Source: a virus
Length of the DNA stretch: 64,000 nt
Virus record (IMG/VR): IMGVR_UViG_3300025012_000066
Span: 1-64,000 of that record
Reading direction: 5' to 3' (one strand)
Shown here: in pieces, positions 49,948 to 59,594 of the stretch
Layout of the letters: every line of letters begins with the position of its first letter
Numbering within the stretch: the first letter of the stretch is position 1
The notes under the pieces: generated by a model
Databases searched by the model: none
Told to the model about the DNA's origin: nothing
Seen by the model: only the letters and a program-made list of their open reading frames with translations
Program-made: the position numbers and the translations under genes

Positions 49948-49951
49948 TATT

Positions 49952-49996
49952 ATAGAGAGTAACTATAATTAATTTTGTAGTTACTCTCTATTTTTT
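49952..49996. terminator. hairpin terminator between convergent genes
   Basis: ATAGAGAGTAACTA / TAGTTACTCTCTAT followed by a T-tract. Confidence 0.75.
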
Positions 49997-50001
49997 ACAA
50001 T

Positions 50002-51528
50002 TTATTCTCTTCCAATTTCCTCTAAATTCTTACCATCAATAACATACTCCTTAAAGACTTTATTGATCCATGTTGCACTCTTGCTAGTAGAAATCATCTT
50101 ATTTCCTTCACGCATAATTTTTCTAAAGATAGGATTTTCTTTTGCTAAAAATTTTCCCCTGAATCCCTTATATTCAATGTCGTCATTAAACTTAGAAAGT
50201 ATATTTAATATCTCTTCTTTGTTTTTTTCTTGTAATAATTTAGAGATGTAGAAATATCCACCCCATGCTAAAGCCTCCATTGTTAGACTATTTAATCTAA
50301 GCAATTTCCTCTCCTCTAAATCTCTACTTGCCATAAATTTAGGGAAGGTTTGAATTAGTGAATCCACAAAGGTTATGAGATATTTGCTCATTTCTTCAAT
50401 TTCAGATTTTGTTTGAGGAGAATAATTATCCTTTATATTTTTTGATAAAACTCCAAAAGTAATTATCGAATTTGAGTTACTCTTAATAGATGTAGAAATT
50501 ACCTCTACCTTATCCTTCATATCACTGAATTTGATTATTTCTCTGCACAGTTTGTTTGTATTGTCTTCCACGTTTAAATACTCACCGCGACTTTTATTAA
50601 TTCTCAAACCTTTTAGACAATATTCGCTAAAAAGTGACTTTGCCGAACTATCATCTAACATTTCAATTACCACGGATATTTGATATTCAGTAGGATTTGG
50701 TACTGACTCTGGATTTTTGCGATATGCCTTTAAAATCTTCGAAAAGGCAGCCAATCTATGTTGACCATCAAGTATTTCGAGTTTCGTAGTAATTGGAGCA
50801 GTTATTGTGTGAGAATCTTCATCATACTCTATTGAATTTTCTTTATCTGGGTTTAAATTAAGCACGATAAAACCGCCATGCATTTGATCCTTAGTTAGAC
50901 TATCATATATTTGATTAATATGGGATACTGAACGTACAGCAACCAATTCATTCTTACTATTCTTTTTCCATCCTCGATTTAATTCTCCATTGTATTGAAT
51001 AATATTACGATCTAAAAGATTAGCCAATACGTCTGAACTCACCACGCATTGATATTTTGCCAATTCACCATTTCGATAAATTTCAACAACGTTTTCAAAT
51101 GTGTAACTGTCAGAATTATTCATTTGACTCAATCTTTTTCTAACCTCTTTCTTAGTTTTTTGTATATCTTTTTGCTTTTGAATTTCATTAAAATTTTCAT
51201 TAAATTCATTTTTTGGGATCTGATTATCTTCATTTGATTCATTTGCTTTTACTATTTCACTCATACTTGGGAATAGAGGTTTAATAGTTTCAGATTCAAT
51301 CTCTTGTTGATTATTATTAACCTTTTCTTCTTCCCAAACTCCTGTGTCTAAAGTAGATGCAGTTTCTTCTTTTGCTTTCTCTAAATTTTTAATCATTTGA
51401 GAATCATCTTCGCCTTGAGTCATATCATCCTTAACAATTTCCACCTGAGTAAACCTATTCTTCTTCGCCATATCGGTGTTTTCCTCCATTTTCTCATCTA
51501 CTAATTTATTCACCATATTAATAATCAT
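50002..51528 (-). CDS. DGQHR-domain (DndB/ParB-like) protein
   Basis: ILDGQHRLAA and upstream NRG motif; acidic N-terminal extension. Confidence 0.8.
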   Translation of the reverse strand: MIINMVNKLVDEKMEENTDMAKKNRFTQVEIVKDDMTQGEDDSQMIKNLEKAKEETASTLDTGVWEEEKVNNNQQEIESETIKPLFPSMSEIVKANESNEDNQIPKNEFNENFNEIQKQKDIQKTKKEVRKRLSQMNNSDSYTFENVVEIYRNGELAKYQCVVSSDVLANLLDRNIIQYNGELNRGWKKNSKNELVAVRSVSHINQIYDSLTKDQMHGGFIVLNLNPDKENSIEYDEDSHTITAPITTKLEILDGQHRLAAFSKILKAYRKNPESVPNPTEYQISVVIEMLDDSSAKSLFSEYCLKGLRINKSRGEYLNVEDNTNKLCREIIKFSDMKDKVEVISTSIKSNSNSIITFGVLSKNIKDNYSPQTKSEIEEMSKYLITFVDSLIQTFPKFMASRDLEERKLLRLNSLTMEALAWGGYFYISKLLQEKNKEEILNILSKFNDDIEYKGFRGKFLAKENPIFRKIMREGNKMISTSKSATWINKVFKEYVIDGKNLEEIGRE

Positions 51529-51635
51529 AATAATAACCTCATTTCATCGTATTTTGATATTATCACAATTCTATACAATTTGAAAGAGTTCTATACCAAA
51601 AACATTAAAAATTATTAAAAAAAGAAAAGAGTAAA

Positions 51636-54017
51636 TCAAAACTTACTCTCCTTTTTACTCTTAAATCTCTTCTCAGGTGGTAATTGCATCTTGCAAATAA
51701 ATGGCACAGCATTTTCCCCACCACTTCTAATAATATTAATACTATGCCAACGTTTCAACTTTAAGCAATCCTCCAAAGTAAACGGATAAACCTCTTCCTT
51801 TAAACTTATCCAAGTTAATTTACTTGTAGGATAAATATGATAATGTGGCAAAGCATTTCGAATTGCTTTCTGTAAATTATTGGGAATTTGTTCCCAATAA
51901 TGGAACGTCCAAAAGTACCCCACAAGCCACTTTCGACTCTCGACAGCAGCACCCTCCCATATTGAAGCACTACGAAGATATTGATGTGGCTCGTCTAACA
52001 TGATATAGAAAGGAAATTCTGCTTCAGATCCATATATTTTCTTTCTAAGTCTCATAGCAATATCAATTTTGGAACATAGTAAATTGACAATTACATCTAT
52101 TGCCGATTTATCTAAGTCGTCACTAGGAACATCAAATACAATAATTTTCTTTTGTGACATTAATTGAACCATGTCTAAACTATTATTAGAATTTACACAA
52201 TTTGCTAAGTGGGGATCTGATAATATCCTATTCAATCTATTGTAAATAGGAGATAATATCTTACCCTTCATACCGTCACCCATACCTTCAAATTCTTTTA
52301 AAGTTGCCTTATTTAATCCTTCATCCATACCATCAATAACTTGTTTAAGATAAGTTTTATCATTAAAAATCTTGATAATTTCTGATACTTTACCAGTAGT
52401 CATTCCAATTATAGATGCTCTTAAAAATCTTTCAGTTTGTCCAGTTGTATCGTCACTTACACCAAAAAAATCTACGGCAGTTCCAGCTAATCTTGCCTTT
52501 GTACTAGAATCATGTAATGTCTCACACCAATCTAATGAAAATGCTTGTTGTCCTAAATCTATTCTAATAAAATCTTCCTTCTTTACAATTCCTGCATTAA
52601 CAGCACATTGTATTTGATCTCCAATTTCACGTTTATTAGGATCAATTGCCAAACCTCCATATCCCTTTAAATAAGCCCCTATGAGCCAATTTGAAGCCAA
52701 TCCTTTTGTCTTACCCTGCCCCATACCTCCGATCCCTACATTCGGCAAGCAAGCTTCATCAGGATCATTTACAGGTTGATATACTTTAACAGTTTGTCCT
52801 TTAAATGTTGCATCACCTAATTCAATCCCTTTTGATTCATTTAAGAATTTATTGTTTACTTCAACTTCTGCTAATTCAACTCTTTCAACTTCAGGATATT
52901 TTTCTTGAAGTTCTCTACCAGGGATTTGAACAATTTTAGATATTTCTGCTGATGACATAATATTAAAATTTAGCTTAACTCTTGGTGGTTTATGAGTATT
53001 TATAATTCTTAAAACTTCATTTGCTTTTTTACCTTTTAATTGACAAGGTGCTAATTCATTGTCTAAGCTTATGTCATGAAAACTACTTGCTATTGTCCTT
53101 GCTATTGTATTTGCCCTTGCAGATTCATCTGATTCAACAATAACCCAAAGATAAGTTCTTATAGATGATTTATTTCTTTTTTCTTTTGTAGAATTTGATA
53201 AATTTTCTATTGTGTACTTTTGGCCTTCCGGATCAGATGGTTTTTTAGCGTATATATTTTGACTATTTCCATCACTAATTAACTCACTCAAACCAATAAT
53301 TACCTCTCTAATTAACTCTGTTAATCCGATAGCAATTGTAAAGGTAATATTTTTAAATGATTGATTCCATTTTCTCGGAGCATTTCCACTTCTTAATTTA
53401 TCCCACGCTTCATCTAATTCGCCTTGCCATGCTAATTGATATATTGGATCAAGATAGCAAAATAATCTTGCCTTTTCATTTTCTCCTATTAATCTTCCTG
53501 CTTCAATTAATGATATAAGTGGAAGATTGTCCTTTGAATCAGTGTGTAGTGAATATAGATCGTGCTTACTGTAAACTAATTCATAAACAACAGATTTGTT
53601 TGAATTAAATTCTTCTGCATTATCTACTTTGTCGATTGTGGTCTTGTCCCATATAGATGTTAATCTTCTGTAAATAAGAGGTGCAATAGTTTCAGGCACA
53701 CCAATGTAAAATGTTACATTGTTTTCTTTGAAATCAATTTCAAATGATGCCCTTTCCTGCACTTTATATCCTCTTGGTAAGATTGCTTGTCTTATAATTC
53801 TATCAATAGGTAGTTTAAATTGATCTGCAATAGTTTTAACAAAATCTTCTGTACGATAATTTCTAGCAGAAGAGTCAGGTTTAATTTTAAATCTTACATA
53901 TTTAGGATTAACAATATTAAACCAATTAATATTTTTAATAGTAGTAATTTTTTCAGCAAAAATCATTGTATGGTCACTCCTAACATTTTTAATATGATAT
54001 AAAATGCAAAAGTCCAA
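51636..54017 (-). CDS. VirB4/TraG/HerA-FtsK superfamily ATPase
   Basis: Walker A GGMGQGKT, IDP, Walker B IMLDEPHQ, ESRK; start probably at the internal Met (about 53966). Confidence 0.8.
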   Translation of the reverse strand: MDFCILYHIKNVRSDHTMIFAEKITTIKNINWFNIVNPKYVRFKIKPDSSARNYRTEDFVKTIADQFKLPIDRIIRQAILPRGYKVQERASFEIDFKENNVTFYIGVPETIAPLIYRRLTSIWDKTTIDKVDNAEEFNSNKSVVYELVYSKHDLYSLHTDSKDNLPLISLIEAGRLIGENEKARLFCYLDPIYQLAWQGELDEAWDKLRSGNAPRKWNQSFKNITFTIAIGLTELIREVIIGLSELISDGNSQNIYAKKPSDPEGQKYTIENLSNSTKEKRNKSSIRTYLWVIVESDESARANTIARTIASSFHDISLDNELAPCQLKGKKANEVLRIINTHKPPRVKLNFNIMSSAEISKIVQIPGRELQEKYPEVERVELAEVEVNNKFLNESKGIELGDATFKGQTVKVYQPVNDPDEACLPNVGIGGMGQGKTKGLASNWLIGAYLKGYGGLAIDPNKREIGDQIQCAVNAGIVKKEDFIRIDLGQQAFSLDWCETLHDSSTKARLAGTAVDFFGVSDDTTGQTERFLRASIIGMTTGKVSEIIKIFNDKTYLKQVIDGMDEGLNKATLKEFEGMGDGMKGKILSPIYNRLNRILSDPHLANCVNSNNSLDMVQLMSQKKIIVFDVPSDDLDKSAIDVIVNLLCSKIDIAMRLRKKIYGSEAEFPFYIMLDEPHQYLRSASIWEGAAVESRKWLVGYFWTFHYWEQIPNNLQKAIRNALPHYHIYPTSKLTWISLKEEVYPFTLEDCLKLKRWHSINIIRSGGENAVPFICKMQLPPEKRFKSKKESKF

Positions 54018-54610
54018 TAAACTCCTTTTACAGCTCTTTTAGAACCGAATATTGCAAGTAAAGCTAATATCATAGCAACTAATATTGCATAATCACTGTT
54101 TTGAACTATCCAATGGAATAAATCAGATATAAATGATAAAAACTTGTTAAATATACTTTGTTTTGCTTCATCTAATAAATCCGTACCAGAAGTAGTTAAT
54201 ACATGCCATGTTTTTTCCCAAAATCCTGTTTCAGTTGCTTTTTGAAGATAATTGCTTGGGTCTTGATATTGACCATTTGATGATATTAGCCCAACGTGGA
54301 TATGCGGGCCTGTACTTCTTCCAGAATTTCCAGTTAATCCTAATGTTTCTCCCACTTTAACATGTTGACCATAAGTTACATTCACTTGAGATAAATGACC
54401 ATAAACCAATTCTTTGCCATTATCTAACTTAACTCCAATGCCATTTCCAATAATATTATCGTGAATTATCCTGCTAATGATTCCATCCGTTAAAGATTGG
54501 GCAGGAGTAGACATAGGACTTCCAATATCTACTCCAGAATGAGGAATCTTGTGAACACTATCAATTGCTCCAAATTTTGCTGTGATAGGATATTGCAAGA
54601 ATTTAATCAT
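53963..54610 (-). CDS. M23 (LytM) peptidase with C-terminal TM helices
   Basis: HSGVD, YGHL, STGPHIH. Confidence 0.92.
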   Translation of the reverse strand: MIKFLQYPITAKFGAIDSVHKIPHSGVDIGSPMSTPAQSLTDGIISRIIHDNIIGNGIGVKLDNGKELVYGHLSQVNVTYGQHVKVGETLGLTGNSGRSTGPHIHVGLISSNGQYQDPSNYLQKATETGFWEKTWHVLTTSGTDLLDEAKQSIFNKFLSFISDLFHWIVQNSDYAILVAMILALLAIFGSKRAVKGVYWTFAFYIILKMLGVTIQ

Positions 54611-54624
54611 AATGATTATCTCCT

Positions 54625-55100
54625 TTATCTAGGAATTGCTATTTGAACTGAACTAAAAGCATTATGAATTGCAACAAAAAATGTAGGAATAATGAACATA
54701 CTTATATAACCAATGACCGCAAATTTTAATTTCTGCTTCCATCCAGGAGAACCAATAATCATTTCTACCATTCCCCATATTGATACAATAATTCCTACTG
54801 GTAATGCTAAATCTTGAACCATTGTGATAATAGGCCATAATGAAACAATTAGATTTGCTGTGCCAACTGGATTACCTACTGAATTTGTTAATGTTGGTAC
54901 AGGTGAAACTACTGCTAAAACAGGTGATGCTAAATTAATTACACTTAAAACAACAGAGGTTGGAACTAGATAATTTTTGAATAGTTTTTCTACTTTTTTA
55001 CCTACTTCAATCCATTGATTTACTAATACTTCTTTTTCAAGTGTTACCAATGGATGAACACATGGAGGATTTAAAACAGATCCATTAATTCTAACAATCA
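54625..55100 (-). CDS. membrane protein with TrbC/VirB2 pilin-like C-terminal hairpin
   Basis: RBS AAAGGAGG before MIVRING; two C-terminal hydrophobic helices joined by GWKQKLK. Confidence 0.55.
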
Positions 55101-55365
55101 TTTTTAATAAACCTCCTTTAGATGTATAAGTATTTGAATTTGCGGTAATACTAAAGTCATATTGGAAGGAGATGATTTTCATGACACCTGCACTCATAAA
55201 AATACTCATTGGATTTGGTTTAGTAGCATTCCATTATTTACCGATAGTCTCCAAATAGGTAGTACTTGCATAATAAAATATATGTGTGCATAAATATGAT
55301 TCATCATATTAAATGAGTTAAGTCTACCCTTTACCAAATCCCCACCATTGGGGATATTTTTTTGT

Positions 55366-55590
55366 TCATTTTCTCCTTTTAATTGCTTCTTTAGTAAGTC
55401 TAATAATTTCAGGCATACTTTTGAACATTGATTTCAACATAAAGAATGCTCCAAATAAAAACATTATACAACCTAATAATCCCACTAAAGAACCTACAAT
55501 TAATGAAAATGGAGTAATTAATTCAGAACCAATACCAATAATAAAAGTGCCAGTAACCATAGTCAACATTGCTTTTGTATCTTTTCTCAT
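55366..55590 (-). CDS. small 2-TM membrane protein
   Basis: Two hydrophobic segments; RBS AAGGAGG. Confidence 0.7.
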   Translation of the reverse strand: MRKDTKAMLTMVTGTFIIGIGSELITPFSLIVGSLVGLLGCIMFLFGAFFMLKSMFKSMPEIIRLTKEAIKRRK

Positions 55591-55853
55591 AATAATTCCT
55601 CCTTAAAACTTGATTTAAAATCCTTAATAATTTCAATTCCTTTTTCTGAAATATAATAGCAGAAGGCATTCCTTTCTTTATATCCAGAAAAAATAAGCTT
55701 TAATTGATTAAGATGTCCAATTATATTCCTAAGTCTAAAATAATTAAGATTTAATAGAGTTGATAATTTCTTTATAGAGATAGAATTCATTTGATTATTG
55801 AATTGATTATCAAATAAATACAGCAAAACATCTACTTCAATCTTACTTAACAT
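55587..55853 (-). CDS. winged-helix (MarR-like) protein
   Basis: SIKKLSTLL...LKLI...YYISEKG. Confidence 0.7.
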   Translation of the reverse strand: MLSKIEVDVLLYLFDNQFNNQMNSISIKKLSTLLNLNYFRLRNIIGHLNQLKLIFSGYKERNAFCYYISEKGIEIIKDFKSSFKEELL

Positions 55854-55977
55854 TTAATTAATTCACCTCACCTTCCCTAATGTATATTAAGCAATGCTTA
55901 TTCTATATGTATAGTAATAAATGGGAATTTAAAATTTCTCCCAAAATAAAAACTCTGATTTCTCAGGACTTAATTTA

Positions 55978-56029
55978 TACCCCATACTATCCCTTATCTT
56001 TTCCTACATATTCTCCAATTACCCCATAC
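55978..56029. repeat. TACCCCATAC repeats downstream of the parR-like gene
   Basis: Copies at 55978 and 56020. Confidence 0.65.
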
Positions 56030-56095
56030 AATACTACAATTATTCCTACATACTCACTAAACAAAAAAAGAAGACACAACCATTATAGTTGCGTC

Positions 56096-56359
56096 TCAAA
56101 TCATCATATCATCAAGTTCATCCTTTTCTGCTCTCTTCCTTTCGACTACTTTAGTCTGTATCAAAACATCCTCCTTTATTCCTTCCTTAGTCTCTTTAAC
56201 TACGACCCCATCATTAATTAATTGCTTCTTAACCCATTTACTAAAATTTCTAATCTCATTTGCCTTTTCATAAAGTAATAATTCATCTTCATCATCTAGG
56301 TTAAAATAAACACCTTTTCTTTTTACTCTGCCTGTGAGTTCGCCTGTGCTTTTGCCCAT
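56096..56359 (-). CDS. ParR-like adaptor (RHH-like)
   Basis: RKGVYFNL...NFSKWVKKQL; overlaps the end of the ParM gene. Confidence 0.65.
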   Translation of the reverse strand: MGKSTGELTGRVKRKGVYFNLDDEDELLLYEKANEIRNFSKWVKKQLINDGVVVKETKEGIKEDVLIQTKVVERKRAEKDELDDMMI

Positions 56360-57174
56360 TTTTTCACGCCCATCCTGTGATAACCTTCTACGTTAGCATA
56401 GACACAATTATCTAAAACTGAACAATTAGGATAATATTTCTTAAATAAATCACCAAATTGCAATGCTCCTCCACCAGTTAATAAAACTCGATCAGAAATT
56501 TCGTAGTCTGTGAATCTCTGACTAAGTTCAGCTACAATCTTTCCAACATATTGAGAATTATCAATTTGATTTCCTTTTAGTTTAATGGAACCGAAAGCCA
56601 GTGTTCCAGAATCCCTTGTTACAAATTTACTCCCATTCATAGAACTATAATTTACAGTTAAACTTCCTAAGTCAATTATTCTTTTCTTACCAATTGATAA
56701 ATTTTCATCTTTCGATAATGCATATTGAAAGCTGGCAACAGATTCAGGTATAATATTTAGATTGTTTATACAGAATTTTTTATGTTCTCCATTAATTTGA
56801 ATATCGTATTTGCCAAATAATAAATTTTCCAATGCAGATTTTGTTGCGGCATTGAACTGATCAACTGGTACACCTGTGCAAATGTACAAATCACTGTCAT
56901 CTTCCTCTAAGGATAGGCCGACCCCAGTTAAAAAAAGCACCCTTGTCTGTTCATGAATCTTTGATGCTGTACTCATCTCAATTGGAGCAAATGATTCATC
57001 GAGTGCTAATTGTCCTACAAAATGTTTTTCTTTATCGTTGATAATTACTTCATATTCTTCATTATCAGATATTTCCCTATGATGCCAATCTCCAACTACA
57101 GACCTGAATGATTGATTGTTTAATAACTTTACAGTGTTGCGTCCACAGTCGATTGGAATGATCTGAATTGCCAT
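56323..57174 (-). CDS. parM: ParM/StbA actin-like partition ATPase
   Basis: IDCGRNTVK, TGVP, IPES, IIDLGSLT, LTGGGA, ANVEGY. Confidence 0.92.
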   Translation of the reverse strand: MAIQIIPIDCGRNTVKLLNNQSFRSVVGDWHHREISDNEEYEVIINDKEKHFVGQLALDESFAPIEMSTASKIHEQTRVLFLTGVGLSLEEDDSDLYICTGVPVDQFNAATKSALENLLFGKYDIQINGEHKKFCINNLNIIPESVASFQYALSKDENLSIGKKRIIDLGSLTVNYSSMNGSKFVTRDSGTLAFGSIKLKGNQIDNSQYVGKIVAELSQRFTDYEISDRVLLTGGGALQFGDLFKKYYPNCSVLDNCVYANVEGYHRMGVKKWAKAQANSQAE

Positions 57175-57195
57175 AAATATTCCTCCTTCATGTTA

Positions 57196-57256
57196 TACCC
57201 CACTATAAAGTATGGGGTATTTACCTTTATTCTGATTATATCGCATTACCCCATAC
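57196..57256. promoter_or_regulatory. TACCCCATAC repeats upstream of parM (candidate parC/operator)
   Basis: TACCCCAC 57196, GTATGGGGTA 57210, TACCCCATAC 57247. Confidence 0.65.
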
Positions 57257-57363
57257 TTTACAATGCTTTTTCATTTGCGGTATTGATAAAATACAAAGGC
57301 CCATTGCTATATTTATTGTGTAGCAATGGGCTTATTTTTCTTTTTATTATACGGCCTGAATAC

Positions 57364-57482
57364 TTATCAACATGTGGATAAATTTTGTCGAGGACTATCT
57401 ATCCACAAAGGAAATTATGATATATACTATTACCTGTGGATAATTTTTATTCTTAGAAGGAGAATAGTGTCGAGGTGTCGAA
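57364..57482. promoter_or_regulatory. DnaA-box cluster with Spo0A boxes (candidate origin)
   Basis: TGTGGATAA 57373 and 57435 (perfect); TTATCAACA 57364 and CTATCCACA 57399; TGTCGAA 57476; TGTCGAG 57386 and 57468. Confidence 0.75.
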
Positions 57483-57753
57483 TATATAACTCAATCAAAT
57501 TAACTCAATAAATGCGAAAACACCTGACCTCTTGCAAAGATCAAGTGTTTTCTGAGCATAATGTTCTGAACAACATTAAGCTTTTAAGTTCTTGAGATTA
57601 TTGTACCCTAAGTTTAAATTAGAAGCAAGTATAAACTTAGAGAATAATTTAACAAAGAATGTAAAAGGTTAGTAGTTGGTGCAGAAATGTACATGCTACT
57701 AACTTTTTTATTGAGTCAATATTAATAAAATTATTCAAATTGAATAGGTAATG

Positions 57754-57834
57754 AAAAAATCTCCTAGTTAGTGCTTGAGTTGTGGCGACACATCACTAAA
57801 CTAGGAGACCCCTGAAGACTCGTATTGAATTCTT
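57754..57834 (-). ncRNA. putative antisense (countertranscript) RNA of the rep leader
   Basis: Minus-strand TTTACA-N17-TAAAAT promoter (57869-57841); hairpin 57760-57808 followed by T6 on the minus strand. Confidence 0.6.
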
Positions 57835-57926
57835 TAAGTCATTTTATCATGATTTTAAAAATTTGTAAACAGTCTTCAGCATCGCTACGCTCATTTTTTG
57901 AAAAATGCTGAAAGAAGGTTTTATCA

Positions 57927-58481
57927 ATGAAAGCACAACAAACTGTATTTGATTTTATTAAAGAAACAATGGGACATAGCACATTATTGGCTATATCTGG
58001 AGATATGATGCCATTTGCTAATAATTCTTTTGATAATGCAAGATTTCTAAGTCAGTTGCTTTTCTGGGTTGATGATAGAAATGAATGGACTCCAATTCAA
58101 ATGAAGGAATGGAAAGATGTAGCTCATTTATCTAGATATGCTATAGAAAAAGCAAGATATTATTTCTACAGTATTGGAGTTCTAGAATATCGTGTTAAAA
58201 AAGACAGTCAGGGAAATCCTGTTTCTCATTATCGTTTAGACTTTAAAGCATTGATGAATAAGATGAATAAGTTCTTCAAAGATAATAAACCAAAGCAAAT
58301 TGTAACTTTTTCTGGTTTTGCTGATTGCTTCAAAAAGAAAAGTGAACAAAAACAGACTGATATTCCTACAAACACTTATCCTCAATATAAAGAAAAATTA
58401 GAGAGTAAAAATATAGGACAATCTTCTAAAAATGAAACCAGAGAGGAAAGAAAAAAGAGATTAGAGAGACTTTACCTCTGA
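57927..58481 (+). CDS. Rep/replisome-organiser-like winged-helix protein
   Basis: ARFLSQLLFW...EW...LSRYAIEKAR...GVLE...HYRLD pattern. Confidence 0.65.
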   Translation: MKAQQTVFDFIKETMGHSTLLAISGDMMPFANNSFDNARFLSQLLFWVDDRNEWTPIQMKEWKDVAHLSRYAIEKARYYFYSIGVLEYRVKKDSQGNPVSHYRLDFKALMNKMNKFFKDNKPKQIVTFSGFADCFKKKSEQKQTDIPTNTYPQYKEKLESKNIGQSSKNETREERKKRLERLYL

Positions 58482-58555
58482 TCTAATCTCTTCAGCCTCC
58501 ATTAATTAAATAAATCACATTTTAAAAAAGAGAAGTTTATGATACTCTAGCTTTG

Positions 58556-58909
58556 CTATGCCTTAACAATCTCAACATAAAACTCACCACCATCAAAATT
58601 TCCATCCATACGACCCACCAATTCTGGCCCATTCTCATATTTAGCAGATTCATAATTACATCCGCAATCACATTTTAAATCACTAACCATAATTAATTCA
58701 CCACATTCTGCATCAGGAAACATTTCTTTAATTGCAGTATTATATGTCTCAAATACTTCTTTCTTTGCTTCCGAGATTGTTTTAAAAAATGTAGGTTTAG
58801 CGAAAACACCTGATTTTTCTTCTTCAAATAGATTGATACCAAATCTAACTTGATATTTAATATTCTTATTATTTTTGTTTTTATTACAGAATTGTTTAAT
58901 CTTTGCCAT
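58556..58909 (-). CDS. hypothetical protein
   Basis: Coupled ORF. Confidence 0.65.
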   Translation of the reverse strand: MAKIKQFCNKNKNNKNIKYQVRFGINLFEEEKSGVFAKPTFFKTISEAKKEVFETYNTAIKEMFPDAECGELIMVSDLKCDCGCNYESAKYENGPELVGRMDGNFDGGEFYVEIVKA

Positions 58910-59078
58910 TATATCTTCCTTCTTTCTTTAATTCTTCTTTTAAATCATTCCAACTTTTCTTAGGTATTTTTCCTTCTCTTATTAATTTCATTTCTTTTAA
59001 CGATTGTTCTAAAGATTCAGATGGAGTACAATATCTTTTTTTCATCTTTAGTATCATCCATATGAAAACATGTTTCAC
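58896..59078 (-). CDS. small protein (5' end uncertain)
   Basis: ESLEQSLKEMKLIREGK..KKSW. Confidence 0.45.
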   Translation of the reverse strand: MKHVFIWMILKMKKRYCTPSESLEQSLKEMKLIREGKIPKKSWNDLKEELKKEGRYNGKD

Positions 59079-59152
59079 AAGTTAATCCATATTCTTTTGA
59101 AGAACAATTATTTATATCATAATCCACAGGACATTTAAATTTAATCCTCTCC

Positions 59153-59563
59153 TTAACATCCATAACTACAAGTCCAATATTTTTCACTGGTCATTCCATC
59201 TTCTTTTTCAGCAAATTCAATCAAAGGATTTCTGCAGACATTACATATACCTTGTTCTTCACAATATTTCTCATTTTCACTTTTAAAATATTCTTGAAAA
59301 GCATTTTTATCTAGCAATTCAGTATATGGAATTTGGCAATTTACCACTCTCAGCCATTCTATGCTTTCAACACCGAATTCTAGAAAATCTTCAATGTCAT
59401 TATCCTTGCATTTGCAATCACTAGAATTATCAATAAGAATTTCTTCTTTATATGCTTTCTTTAAATCTTGTATAAACATATAGTCTTGATAATTAGAACA
59501 AGGGTAAGTGCATGAAGAGATACGAGTACATTTATCACAAATTTCATTATTGTAATCAATCAT
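59153..59563 (-). CDS. Cys-rich hypothetical protein
   Basis: RBS AAAGGAG before MIDYN; CxxC motifs. Confidence 0.65.
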   Translation of the reverse strand: MIDYNNEICDKCTRISSCTYPCSNYQDYMFIQDLKKAYKEEILIDNSSDCKCKDNDIEDFLEFGVESIEWLRVVNCQIPYTELLDKNAFQEYFKSENEKYCEEQGICNVCRNPLIEFAEKEDGMTSEKYWTCSYGC

Positions 59564-59594
59564 ATTTATTTCTCCTTTGTATTTTATTATTGTA

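Noticed and set aside
51636-55590. Complete conjugative type IV secretion system
   Set aside because: Only one ATPase; no relaxase or separate coupling protein recognisable in the window.
57190-57511. Short + strand ORFs 57190-57381 and 57326-57511 (also 55880-56221)
   Set aside because: No RBS or domain, and they overlie repeat and DnaA-box regulatory DNA.
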